NCBI GenBank assembly: GCA_964572155.1
Contig: CAZNDZ010000001.1
Location: 974,290 to 1,038,289, forward strand
DNA: 64,000 bases
Direction: 5' to 3'
Source of the DNA: an uncultured Planctomycetales bacterium
GTDB taxonomy: Bacteria; Omnitrophota; Gorgyraeia; Zapsychrales; Fredricksoniimonadaceae
Below the pieces are notes generated by a model. That model ran no database searches. It was not told the origin of the DNA and saw only the letters and a program-made list of their open reading frames with translations. Below, one piece after another: positions 52,332 to 60,444 of this stretch. Made by a program: the position numbers and the translations under genes. Each line of letters starts with the position of its first letter. Position 1 is the first letter of the stretch.

Positions 52332-53063
52332 ATGTTATCCAAGATCAATAAAAAATCCTCAGTCTCATTCGATGTTCTCTATGGCCTTGGTCAAGAACTC
52401 CATGCGCCCTTGCAATCCTTGGTTAAAAGTACCTCGACATTAATAGCTCAAAATAAAGCCAAAGATTTCGAATACATCACATACAAAGATTTTAAGAAAA
52501 CCATGGCGACCTTAGAACAAATGAACCGCCAGTTGGAACGTTGTGCCCAAACAACAGAGCGTATGATTCAGTTGCATCAAATTAAGAATAAGGCAGCAAC
52601 AGATAATTGTAAAATTAATGATGTGGTTGCAGATGTCTTGGATTTGTTATCCCAACAATTAAAGAATGCAAAAATAACAGTAACACCTAAGCTGGTTAAG
52701 TATTTACCCAAAGCAGCCATTAGCAATGTGGCACTTCAACAAGTGGTTTATAATATTTTGCTCAATGCCATACAAGCCATGCCAGCAGGTGGGAAAATTC
52801 GCATTCGCACCGGTTGGAATGGTGCAAAAGCGACGGTGGGTTTAGTGATCGAAGATGAAGGTGTTGGTATTCCTCCAGAATATTTAACCAAAGTCTTTGA
52901 ACCTTTTTTCACCACCAAAGAACGCGGCATTGAAAAGAATTCTGGTTTAGGTTTATCCATCGTTCATTCCATTGTTACCGCGGCACATGGCAGCATTGCT
53001 ATTCAAAGTTCATTAAGGCAGGGCACTGTTGTTACAATCGACATTCCTGTATCTCTAAAATAA
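52332..53063 (+). CDS. histidine kinase catalytic core (DHp + HATPase_c) lacking sensor/TM region; possibly 5'-truncated
   Basis: H-box LGQELHAPLQSL near N-terminus, N-box/G-box (GLGLSIVHSIV); ORF begins 3 nt after tRNA-Arg. Confidence 0.55.
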   Translation: MLSKINKKSSVSFDVLYGLGQELHAPLQSLVKSTSTLIAQNKAKDFEYITYKDFKKTMATLEQMNRQLERCAQTTERMIQLHQIKNKAATDNCKINDVVADVLDLLSQQLKNAKITVTPKLVKYLPKAAISNVALQQVVYNILLNAIQAMPAGGKIRIRTGWNGAKATVGLVIEDEGVGIPPEYLTKVFEPFFTTKERGIEKNSGLGLSIVHSIVTAAHGSIAIQSSLRQGTVVTIDIPVSLK

Positions 53064-53067
53064 TCCC

Positions 53068-53532
53068 ATGATCAAGTTAGACGAAATCTTTATGCAAGAA
53101 GCCCTGCGCGAAGCCAAGCGTGCGTATGAGGCTGACGAAGTTCCTATCGGTGCCGTCGTTGTTTTTGAAAACAAAATCATTGCCAAAGCGCATAACCAGA
53201 TTGAAATGCTCAAAGATCCCACCGCCCATGCCGAGATGATTGCCATCACCGCAGCAACAAATTATCTTGGATCTAAATGGTTAAATGAATGTCAGATGTA
53301 TGTAACCGTTGAGCCGTGTTCCATGTGTGCCGGTGCGCTTGTATTAGCCCGTCTTAAACGCCTATGTTTCGGTGCGCATGAACCAAAGACAGGTGCTTGT
53401 GGTTCGCTGCTAAATATCGCATCACATGAGAAATTGAATCATCGGGTTGATATTGAGTTTGGCGTTTTAGCTCCTGCATGCGGGGGTATATTAACGGATT
53501 TCTTTAAAAAGAAACGTCGTGTTTCCATTTAA
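53068..53532 (+). CDS. tadA: tRNA-specific adenosine deaminase
   Basis: HAEMIAI and PCSMCAGAL zinc-binding motifs. Confidence 0.85.
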   Translation: MIKLDEIFMQEALREAKRAYEADEVPIGAVVVFENKIIAKAHNQIEMLKDPTAHAEMIAITAATNYLGSKWLNECQMYVTVEPCSMCAGALVLARLKRLCFGAHEPKTGACGSLLNIASHEKLNHRVDIEFGVLAPACGGILTDFFKKKRRVSI

Positions 53533-54091
53533 AACTGATCCAAATCGTTTTTGTGATGATCCTGACGTGGTAGATATGCTGCGCGTCAAGTCAGGAGAGT
53601 CGCCCGCTTTTGAGAAAATTTTAGAACGCAATTTCCAAAAAATGTTTCAATTTGCCTACCGTTATTTAAATGGTCAGCGAGAATTAGCTGAAGATGTAAC
53701 CCAAGATGTATTTATTAAGTTGTATGAGATGGCCCCAAGGTATGAGCCTAAAGCTAAAGTATCAACGCTATTATTTCAAATGACCCGCAATGCATGTTTG
53801 AATCAACTGCGTCAGAAAACGCCTGTGTCATTAGATGCAGTGGTTGATGTTTCGGATGGGAAAATACAGCATGATCAGAGCATGCTTCAAGATGAACAAG
53901 CACAAGCGGTACGTGAGGCTATTGACCGTCTTCCAGAAAATCAGCGAACAGCTATACTTCTGAGACAATATGAAAACTTAAGCTATGAAGAAATTGCCGC
54001 AAGTTTAGGCGTTAGTGATAAGGCTGTTAAATCATTGCTCAATAGGGCCAAAGAGAATCTAGCCATTGATTTAAAGAAATATATTCTTTAA
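53519..54091 (+). CDS. ECF-type RNA polymerase sigma factor
   Basis: Sigma-70 region 2 (EDVTQDVFIKLYE) and region 4 (LSYEEIAASLGVSDKAVKSLLNRA); alternative start at the ATG at 53576. Confidence 0.75.
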   Translation: MFPFKTDPNRFCDDPDVVDMLRVKSGESPAFEKILERNFQKMFQFAYRYLNGQRELAEDVTQDVFIKLYEMAPRYEPKAKVSTLLFQMTRNACLNQLRQKTPVSLDAVVDVSDGKIQHDQSMLQDEQAQAVREAIDRLPENQRTAILLRQYENLSYEEIAASLGVSDKAVKSLLNRAKENLAIDLKKYIL

Positions 54092-54136
54092 TAAAAACGG
54101 AACTTTTTAGGTATTGATGTGTTTAAACAGTAGGAT

Positions 54137-54502
54137 GTGTATATGGATAAAAATCAAGAAGATAAGATTAGTGAATTATTGAGTACCTATCAAGCGCCTT
54201 CGCCGCGCGCTGATTATAAGGAAAGATTTTGGGTTAAGTTGGTTGGACAACATAAGCCAAAGTCAAATCCTCTTTTTATGTTTAAATGGGGCGTGGCGTT
54301 GAGTTGTGTCGCGATGTTTATTTTTGGGGTTGGTATATTTGAGAAAATACGTCTAGATGGGCAATTATCGAAGCTCAGTACTGATCAGGTTCAAATGATT
54401 GCACAAGTTGAAGTGGTAGAAAATTTGGATGTTTTACAAGACTTTATAACGATAAAAAACATTGAAGAGATTGAATTGATTGAAGATTCGGAGATGGTTT
54501 GA
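54137..54502 (+). CDS. putative anti-sigma factor (single-pass membrane)
   Basis: 121 aa, cytoplasmic N-term then TM helix (WGVALSCVAMFIFGVGIF); immediately downstream of ECF sigma. Confidence 0.5.
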   Translation: MYMDKNQEDKISELLSTYQAPSPRADYKERFWVKLVGQHKPKSNPLFMFKWGVALSCVAMFIFGVGIFEKIRLDGQLSKLSTDQVQMIAQVEVVENLDVLQDFITIKNIEEIELIEDSEMV

Positions 54503-54690
54503 TGCGTTCAAGAGTTTTTCTTATATCGACGTTGTTTACCATGACTGTTTGGTTAAATCCCGTAAGTGCTAATGAGCAGATTTATAAGGAAGATGAAGAA
54601 ATTATTGCTCATTTAGAAATGTTAGAAAAGATGGAAATTTTAAAAGATGATAGTTTTGATATCGTAGAACAAGAAGAGGTCAATCAATGA
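54499..54690 (+). CDS. small secreted acidic protein
   Basis: 63 aa, signal peptide, translationally coupled (ATGA overlaps). Confidence 0.35.
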   Translation: MMRSRVFLISTLFTMTVWLNPVSANEQIYKEDEEIIAHLEMLEKMEILKDDSFDIVEQEEVNQ

Positions 54691-55187
54691 AAAAAATGAT
54701 CATGATATTAATGCTTATGTGTTGGGTGACCATGGGTTATGCCAATGAGGCAGTTGTTGTTACGCAGTCTCAAAAAGAGCGTTGGCAGCAGTTAACCGAT
54801 GATGAAAAACAAGCATTACGCCAAAAGTGGAATGAATATCAGCAAATGGATCCGAAGGCCCGTGCACAGGTACAAAAACGCTACAAACGCTTTATGGAAA
54901 TGCCACCGGAAAAGCAGGAGCGATTGCGTCGCAATTGGCAAGCGTTAAAGAATATGACCCCAGAGCAGCGTCAACGTGTAAAAGAACGTTATCAAGAGCT
55001 CAAGCGTATGAGTCCGGAAGATAGAAAGCGTTTTATTGAGAATAGCAATAGATTCCAGAGTCTCACGCCTGATCAGCAAGAACGTTTACGTCAGCGGGCT
55101 AATCGTCTTGAGCAAATGCCGCAGGAAAGAAGAAAGGCTATAAAGCAAAGGATTGAGAAAAGAATGGAAAAAAAACGGAACTTTTAG
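54687..55187 (+). CDS. periplasmic LTXXQ-motif repeat protein (DUF3106 / Spy-CpxP-like)
   Basis: Signal peptide; 4-5 repeats of L(T/S)P(D/E)Q(Q/R)..R..(Y/R) e.g. MTPEQRQRVKERYQELKRMSPEDRKRF. Confidence 0.55.
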   Translation: MKKMIMILMLMCWVTMGYANEAVVVTQSQKERWQQLTDDEKQALRQKWNEYQQMDPKARAQVQKRYKRFMEMPPEKQERLRRNWQALKNMTPEQRQRVKERYQELKRMSPEDRKRFIENSNRFQSLTPDQQERLRQRANRLEQMPQERRKAIKQRIEKRMEKKRNF

Positions 55188-55243
55188 GTGTGTGCTGTGT
55201 TTAAAAGTGTAGAGAGTAGCGGCATACATAAAAAGGAGAGTAT

Positions 55244-55786
55244 ATGAAAACACAGGTAATGGTAGGGTTAGTCGCAGTCTTAGTGGTGGGGAGTTTTATA
55301 GTCAAAGCTGGTGCAGAAGAAACTACTGGTAAGGAAGCTTGGGGTCAAATACGTGAGGAAGGTAAAGCCGCGCGTGCAGAAGAAATGGCATTACGTCAAC
55401 AAGCAAGAGAAGCATATCAATCTGGGGATATAGAGAAAGCAAAAGCCTTAAGGGCTCAATTGAAAGAAACACATCAAGCTAATATGAAGGAGTTCAAGGA
55501 AAAACGTGGTGAACTTCGAGAAAAAAGACGTGAAATGATGGATAAGCGAGAAGATCGTTTTGATCGACGTGAAGATGTTCGTGATCGTCGTGAAGATGTT
55601 AGAGATCGTTTAGAAGATAAATATGACGCCACTCATGATGGTGGTCGCTTAGATAAAATCGAAGATCGCAGGGATCGTCGTGAGGATGTGCGTGATCACC
55701 GTGAAGATGTCCGTGATCACAGCGAAGATCGTCGTGAAAGACGTCGTGAAGCCGGTGCTGCGCATGGGGGTAAAAAGAGAAAATAG
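55244..55786 (+). CDS. secreted highly charged repeat protein (REDVRD(R/H) heptad repeats)
   Basis: Signal peptide; C-terminal tandem REDVRDR repeats encoded by 21-nt DNA repeats. Confidence 0.45.
   Translation: MKTQVMVGLVAVLVVGSFIVKAGAEETTGKEAWGQIREEGKAARAEEMALRQQAREAYQSGDIEKAKALRAQLKETHQANMKEFKEKRGELREKRREMMDKREDRFDRREDVRDRREDVRDRLEDKYDATHDGGRLDKIEDRRDRREDVRDHREDVRDHSEDRRERRREAGAAHGGKKRK
55557..55745 (+). repeat. 21-nt in-frame tandem repeats (CGTGAAGATGTTCGTGATCGT-like)
   Basis: Imperfect direct repeats coding R-E-D-V-R-D-R. Confidence 0.6.
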
Positions 55787-55871
55787 ATTATCCTCAAATT
55801 AAAACAGATGCTTTACACAGAACGTTAAATCTGTTATAAAAGACTTCTCTTCGGGCAAGATTTCTAAACCC

Positions 55872-55893
55872 TTCTCGGAGAGAATCTTTTTTT
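55872..55893 (+). terminator. weak Rho-independent terminator
   Basis: TTCTC-GGA-GAGAA + TCTTTTTTT. Confidence 0.35.
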
Positions 55894-55988
55894 GGAGAGG
55901 TGGCCAGCAAAGCTAGAAATAACACTGTGGAAGCTTGCACTACTTCACCAGTTTTTCTAGAATTTGATATAGTAATTTAGTTGTAACT

Positions 55989-56080
55989 GGAGAGGTGGCA
56001 GAGTGGCTGAATGCAATTGCCTGCTAAGCAATTGACCTGGGTAACTGGGTCCTCGGGTTCGAATCCCGACCTCTCCGCCA
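55989..56080 (+). tRNA. tRNA-Ser (anticodon GCT)
   Basis: GGAGAGG..CCTCTCC acceptor, anticodon loop CTGCTAA, long variable arm, GTTCGAATCC, GCCA. Confidence 0.85.
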
Positions 56081-56163
56081 TTTTATTAGGTGAACCGTCC
56101 GTCGAGGAGTGGGGCGGAAATCGCCCATACTAATTGTGGACGCGAACCCTGAGGAAAAAGATT

Positions 56164-56523
56164 ATGGCAGTAAAATTTAAAAAGCTTACACCGAATTTAA
56201 TTGTTTCTGAATTGGATGAACTGATTTCACCCGAACTGGTATTTACCAATCATCTCGGCCAAATTATGTCGAAGCAGGATGACCTTAGTGCGCACCGTTC
56301 CGGTTTTATAAAGAGCAGATCCATTGAACAGGCTGAGCAACAAGTTTTGTGTAAGGGGGACATTGCAATTGTTTCAGTCCTGTCACATATCGTTGGAGAG
56401 ATAGACGGTGTACGGTCTGATGCCGCTTTGCGTTATACGCGTATCTGGCGAAAAAGAAAGTTCGGGATATGGCAGGTCGTTGTTGCACATTCAATCTTGG
56501 TTAACAAAGGAAACTTATGCTGA
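56164..56523 (+). CDS. NTF2-like/SnoaL-like (DUF4440-type) small protein
   Basis: 119 aa from the ATG with SD GAGGAAAAAG; C-terminal YTRIWRKRKFGIWQVVVAHS pattern; elevated GC and CTG/CCG codons. Confidence 0.45.
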   Translation: MAVKFKKLTPNLIVSELDELISPELVFTNHLGQIMSKQDDLSAHRSGFIKSRSIEQAEQQVLCKGDIAIVSVLSHIVGEIDGVRSDAALRYTRIWRKRKFGIWQVVVAHSILVNKGNLC

Positions 56524-57446
56524 AAATATTTTGTTTGGCAGGCATATTTTTCCTGTTTGTTGCGCATGCGGCCTTGGCGCAAGGAGAATTAAAGGCGAAA
56601 ATTGAACGAATTATTTCTCCAGTGAAGGCGAAAGTTGGTGTTTCCATCCTGGCGATAGAAGATAAAGTGACCGTAAACGTTAATGGCGGAAAGCAATTCC
56701 CTATGCAGAGTGTTTTTAAATTTCCTATCGCCCTGGCTGTTCTGGGCGAAGTGGACAAAGGACGGTTTTCTCTGGAACAGGAGATCAATATACGTAAAAA
56801 CGATCTTCTGCCGGATACCTGGAGCCCAATTCGTGAGAAATATCCGGACGGTGTAAAAATGTCTTTGGCCGAGGTGATTAAATATACCGTGGCGGAAAGC
56901 GATAATAACGGATGTGATATTCTCTTGCGACTTCTTGGAGGTCCATCAACAGTTAATAATTATATACACAGCCTTGGCATCAAGGGGTTCTCTGTCCAGT
57001 TCAACGAAAAAGAAATGCATGAGAAATGGAGTGCCCAGTTTTCCAATTTGACAAATCCTGCGGCCGCCGCCGAATTGCTTAGGACTTTTTATGTAGGAAG
57101 CATTTTATCCCGGAAAAATTTTGATTTTCTTTGGAATGTTATGACGGAAACAAAGACAGGGAAGAACAGGATCAAAGGCCAGTTGCCAGAGGGGACTTCG
57201 GTTGCACATAAAACAGGGACGTCCGACACGAATGAGGAAGGCCTGACGGCTGCCGTCAACGATGTGGGCATCGTGACCTTGCCTGATGGTAAACATTTTG
57301 CCATTGCCGTATTTGTTTCAAATTCGAGAGAGGATATCATCACGAATGAAAAAGTTATAGCGGACGTTTCCCGGGCTGCATGGGATTATTTCGTGGAACG
57401 GAAGAATAACGGTTCGCTTTCGCTTCAAAATAGCGTGAATAAATAA
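56517..57446 (+). CDS. Ambler class A beta-lactamase, Bacteroidetes CepA/CblA/CfxA-like (subclass A2)
   Basis: SVFK (SxxK), SDN (AESDNNGCD), KTG (HKTGTSD), LPDGKHFAIAVFV; signal peptide; higher GC and codon usage unlike flanks. Confidence 0.9.
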   Translation: MLKIFCLAGIFFLFVAHAALAQGELKAKIERIISPVKAKVGVSILAIEDKVTVNVNGGKQFPMQSVFKFPIALAVLGEVDKGRFSLEQEINIRKNDLLPDTWSPIREKYPDGVKMSLAEVIKYTVAESDNNGCDILLRLLGGPSTVNNYIHSLGIKGFSVQFNEKEMHEKWSAQFSNLTNPAAAAELLRTFYVGSILSRKNFDFLWNVMTETKTGKNRIKGQLPEGTSVAHKTGTSDTNEEGLTAAVNDVGIVTLPDGKHFAIAVFVSNSREDIITNEKVIADVSRAAWDYFVERKNNGSLSLQNSVNK

Positions 57447-57673
57447 AAAGCATGGAGGGTTTTGAATTAAGCCGTTTTTGCAGGGATTCTTATAGAATTT
57501 AACCGTTTTTGTGATAAAACACCTTTTATATACGGTCGGGTATTGTCGATTGGCCCTCCTAAGGATATCAGTGCTCCCATACTACGTTTACGGTAGAGTT
57601 TTATAAGTAGCGGTATCTCAAGGGGTTGTAGGGTTCGCCTACCGTCTACAATTACCCGCCAGTTTCTTTCCAA

Positions 57674-57769
57674 AAGCGATGAACTTTTAACCCGAAGGGA
57701 AAAGTTTATCGCAATACTAGATGAAGAAACCAGGATGCCTACGAGCCAACAGGCGAGTAGGCGCCGCCA
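57674..57769 (+). ncRNA. conserved structured element (copy 2)
   Basis: See copy 1; hairpin GCGATGAACTTTT/AAAAGTTTATCGC then CAATACTAGA..AGGATGCCTACGAGCCAACAGGCGAGTAGGCGCCGCCA. Confidence 0.45.
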
Positions 57770-57773
57770 TCAT

Positions 57774-57822
57774 GGATCTAATCGCAAGTCATTGTAGGGT
57801 AATGGCTTGCGATTTTGTGTTT
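57774..57822 (+). repeat. direct-repeat element A (GGATCTAATCGCAAGTCA core + 8-bp hairpin + T-run)
   Basis: 18-nt core identical to 58601..58618; ATCGCAAG/CTTGCGAT stem followed by TTTGTGTTTG. Confidence 0.55.
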
Positions 57823-57930
57823 GTATTTGAAATTAATTGGTGCCCAAATGATTATTCTTCATTGTTGGAAATTTGATTAAAAGGATTTTTGTTGGTTCGG
57901 GTAATTAGAAAATGATATACTAAATAACTT

Positions 57931-58401
57931 ATGAAAGTTCCTCGCATCTACATTGATACATCTGTCATCGGTGGTTGTTTTGACGCTGAGTTTGCGAAGT
58001 GGTCTAATGGTTTGATGAAAGATTTTAGATTGGGGCATTTTAAACCGATCGTCTCAGATATTGTTACTGTTGAGTTGATTAAAGCGCCGGAACAAGTCAG
58101 AAAGAAATATGCTGAATTAATTGAAAACGGTGCTGAGAGAATTGAAGAAAATGAGAAGGTTGATCGACTTGTGCAAGTTTATAGTAAACGAAAGATTCTA
58201 AGTGAGAAGTTTACTAATGACATGATTCATATTGCATTGGCAACCGTATATGATGTTGATTTGGTGGTTAGTTGGAATTTTAAGCACATCGTGCATTTTG
58301 ACAAGATTAGACAGTTTAATGCAGTTAATAAGGAATTAGGACATAAACTTATCCAGATTCTTTCTCCTCGGGAGGTTACGAATTATGAAGAAGAAATTTG
58401 A
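57931..58401 (+). CDS. PIN-domain protein (putative toxin/RNase)
   Basis: N-terminal IYIDTSVIGG (PIN Asp motif), conserved acidic residues downstream; 156 aa. Confidence 0.6.
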   Translation: MKVPRIYIDTSVIGGCFDAEFAKWSNGLMKDFRLGHFKPIVSDIVTVELIKAPEQVRKKYAELIENGAERIEENEKVDRLVQVYSKRKILSEKFTNDMIHIALATVYDVDLVVSWNFKHIVHFDKIRQFNAVNKELGHKLIQILSPREVTNYEEEI

Positions 58402-58552
58402 TGCCGTTCAAATGGTAAGAGAAATACGTGATAATTTGTATAAGGAAACTAAACGGATGACCGGTAAAGAGCGTATTAATTTTTATCGTCAAAAAGCCAA
58501 AGAATTTTATGTAGAATTGGGTCTTAAAGAACCTGTAGCTAAGACTCGTTAA
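58385..58552 (+). CDS. small ORF (55 aa) overlapping PIN gene stop; putative cognate partner/antitoxin
   Basis: Not in ORF track (<60 aa); ATG at 58385 overlaps PIN stop by 17 nt in +1 frame; basic helical peptide MKKKFDAVQMVREIRDNLYKE.. Confidence 0.4.
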   Translation: MKKKFDAVQMVREIRDNLYKETKRMTGKERINFYRQKAKEFYVELGLKEPVAKTR

Positions 58553-58600
58553 TCGGTGCCCAAAAGGTGCCAATCTCAATCACAAACATCGGATTTTATC

Positions 58601-58652
58601 GGATCTAATCGCAAGTCAATCGTATATATTGGTTTGCGATTTTTCTTTTTTT
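58601..58652 (+). repeat. direct-repeat element B (GGATCTAATCGCAAGTCA core + hairpin + T-run)
   Basis: Matches element A; ATCGCAA/TTGCGAT stem + TTTTTCTTTTTTT. Confidence 0.55.
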
Positions 58653-58689
58653 GTTAGAATGGTTTTGTGCTTAAAGGGGGCCCAATATT

Positions 58690-58992
58690 ATGATAGACGT
58701 TGACACAAAAATTCAAATGTTTGCCGTGATCGCGGAGGCTCGCAGGGTGTTTCCTTTTAATGTGCCTGTTGCTTGCCATTGTGAAGGGCGATGTGATGAG
58801 TGTTTGTTTAAATTGCTTGAGTTGTTGGAGATTGATTTAGATAATTGGAATGATAGGTTAAAACGTGGTGAAATTCCTCGTTCGATAGATATTCAAGTTT
58901 TAGAGGGTTATTGTCGGGATGTTACTGAAGTCTTGATCAAGGATGGGTATCAGCTGTTGTCGTCAGGTTGGGTAAAGGGAGCTAATGTTTAA
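58690..58992 (+). CDS. small Cys-rich hypothetical protein (CxCx3Cx2C)
   Basis: 100 aa; CHCEGRCDEC cluster; stop overlaps class D beta-lactamase start. Confidence 0.35.
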   Translation: MIDVDTKIQMFAVIAEARRVFPFNVPVACHCEGRCDECLFKLLELLEIDLDNWNDRLKRGEIPRSIDIQVLEGYCRDVTEVLIKDGYQLLSSGWVKGANV

Positions 58993-59782
58993 ACGCCTAA
59001 CATTTATAACGGTATTGTTTATATACACATTCCTACCCATATCTTTGAAAGCTGAGGCCATAGATGCATCATTATTTCAGCCGTATCACGCGGCCATGGT
59101 TATTTATAATCGCACTTCTGGTGAGATGGTAGATATTAATCCTGAACTTGGACAGCGAAAATTAGCCCCGTGCTCAACGTTCAAAATTTATAATACTTTA
59201 ATTGGGCTTGAATTAGGGTTGCTTAAAGGGCCTGATGATCCTTGGTATACATGGGACGGAGTTGTTCGTGATATTGAGGGGTGGAATAAAGATTTAACGT
59301 TGCGTGAAGCATTTGCGGTTTCTGCGGTTCCAGCTTATCAGAATTTAGCACGGCAAATTGGCGAAACCCGAATGAAAGATTATATCAATCTCCTTAATTA
59401 TGGTTCACGGGACACTTCTTCCGGGATTGATGTTTTCTGGTTGCCACGTCCAAATACCATGCCGATTACTATTAGCGCACAAGAACAGGTGAGTTTGCTA
59501 AATCAACTGCTTGATCTGAAATTACCTTTTCATCAAGAAAATATTGCTATCTTAAAAGATGTGATGAAAGTGATGAGTACAGAAAAGGGAACCCTTTATG
59601 GTAAAACCGGGTCGGGAATGAATGCGGATGGAAAATGGAATTTGGGGTGGTTTGTTGGGTTTCTTGAAAGTGGCGGCACAACGTATGTTTTTGCATGTAA
59701 TATTACCAAGGGTAAAGAGCCATCAGGGAAGGTTGCCCGCGAAATTGTTAAAAATGTTTTTAAATCACAAGGTCTTTTATGA
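58985..59782 (+). CDS. class D (OXA-type) beta-lactamase
   Basis: Signal peptide; STFK, SAV, YGS(YGN-like), KTG, WFVG (WxxG) motifs in canonical order; 265 aa. Confidence 0.8.
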   Translation: MFKRLTFITVLFIYTFLPISLKAEAIDASLFQPYHAAMVIYNRTSGEMVDINPELGQRKLAPCSTFKIYNTLIGLELGLLKGPDDPWYTWDGVVRDIEGWNKDLTLREAFAVSAVPAYQNLARQIGETRMKDYINLLNYGSRDTSSGIDVFWLPRPNTMPITISAQEQVSLLNQLLDLKLPFHQENIAILKDVMKVMSTEKGTLYGKTGSGMNADGKWNLGWFVGFLESGGTTYVFACNITKGKEPSGKVAREIVKNVFKSQGLL

Positions 59783-60444
59783 TGAGGAATGGTTTGTTGC
59801 GATACATAATTTTTATATTGGTATCTGTTATAGGTTTAGTTTTGTTTGGAAGGCTTGGTTTAACTGAAAGTAAAGCGCCAACTTCATTTAAGCACGTTCC
59901 GTTACAATATATCGTTGCATTGGGTGACCCGTCCACAAGTTCAGGGGTAGGTGCAGAAACGTGGGGGTTGTGGAATGAGGATCCGGGGCCTCGAGGTTGT
60001 CGGTTGGAGCATTATGATACGTTAAAAGCGGCAGGTGGTATCGCGCCGGCACAATGGAAATTTGATGATCAAGATTGGTGGTTGGAAGAGCATGGCGTGA
60101 TGATGGAAAAGCCTATCTTTCCTTTACCAGCTGGAAAGTATGTAGTCACAGGTGGTCGAGAAGTGACAACGGTGTTGACGATCTTTCCTAAAGATAAGGA
60201 AGGGGTGGTCCGTTGGTCATTAGAGAATGGCGCCAAACTTTATGATGTAACTCATTTGCCATGCCATGCAGCACGCTATACTCCGTTAAAACAAAATGTC
60301 CCATGTTCTCCTAAAATGGCGCCAAATGCAATTTTTCCCGTTGCGCCAGGTGTTCCTATGCCATCCATTGATGGATGCAATAAACAAGAATACGCGGTAC
60401 TTTTTGTTATTGGCGTTGAGGTTAAAAACAAGGAGGCTCAATGA
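59779..60444 (+). CDS. membrane-anchored hypothetical protein
   Basis: 221 aa; N-terminal TM; ATGA overlap with upstream gene. Confidence 0.4.
   Translation: MMRNGLLRYIIFILVSVIGLVLFGRLGLTESKAPTSFKHVPLQYIVALGDPSTSSGVGAETWGLWNEDPGPRGCRLEHYDTLKAAGGIAPAQWKFDDQDWWLEEHGVMMEKPIFPLPAGKYVVTGGREVTTVLTIFPKDKEGVVRWSLENGAKLYDVTHLPCHAARYTPLKQNVPCSPKMAPNAIFPVAPGVPMPSIDGCNKQEYAVLFVIGVEVKNKEAQ

Noticed and set aside
55557-55745. Tandem 21-nt direct repeats as a possible CRISPR or minisatellite
   Set aside because: The repeats are in-frame and encode REDVRDR heptads inside a signal-peptide protein. There are no spacers and no cas genes.
56124-56132. 9-nt direct repeat CCCATACTA flanking the bla cassette (second copy 57576..57584) as attL/attR
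   Set aside because: It is too short to distinguish from chance in AT-rich DNA. The insertion boundaries remain undefined.
57467-57673. 68-aa minus-strand ORF in the intergenic region after the class A beta-lactamase
   Set aside because: It lies on the conserved structured element and hairpin region and has no RBS. Noncoding RNA or repeat is more plausible.
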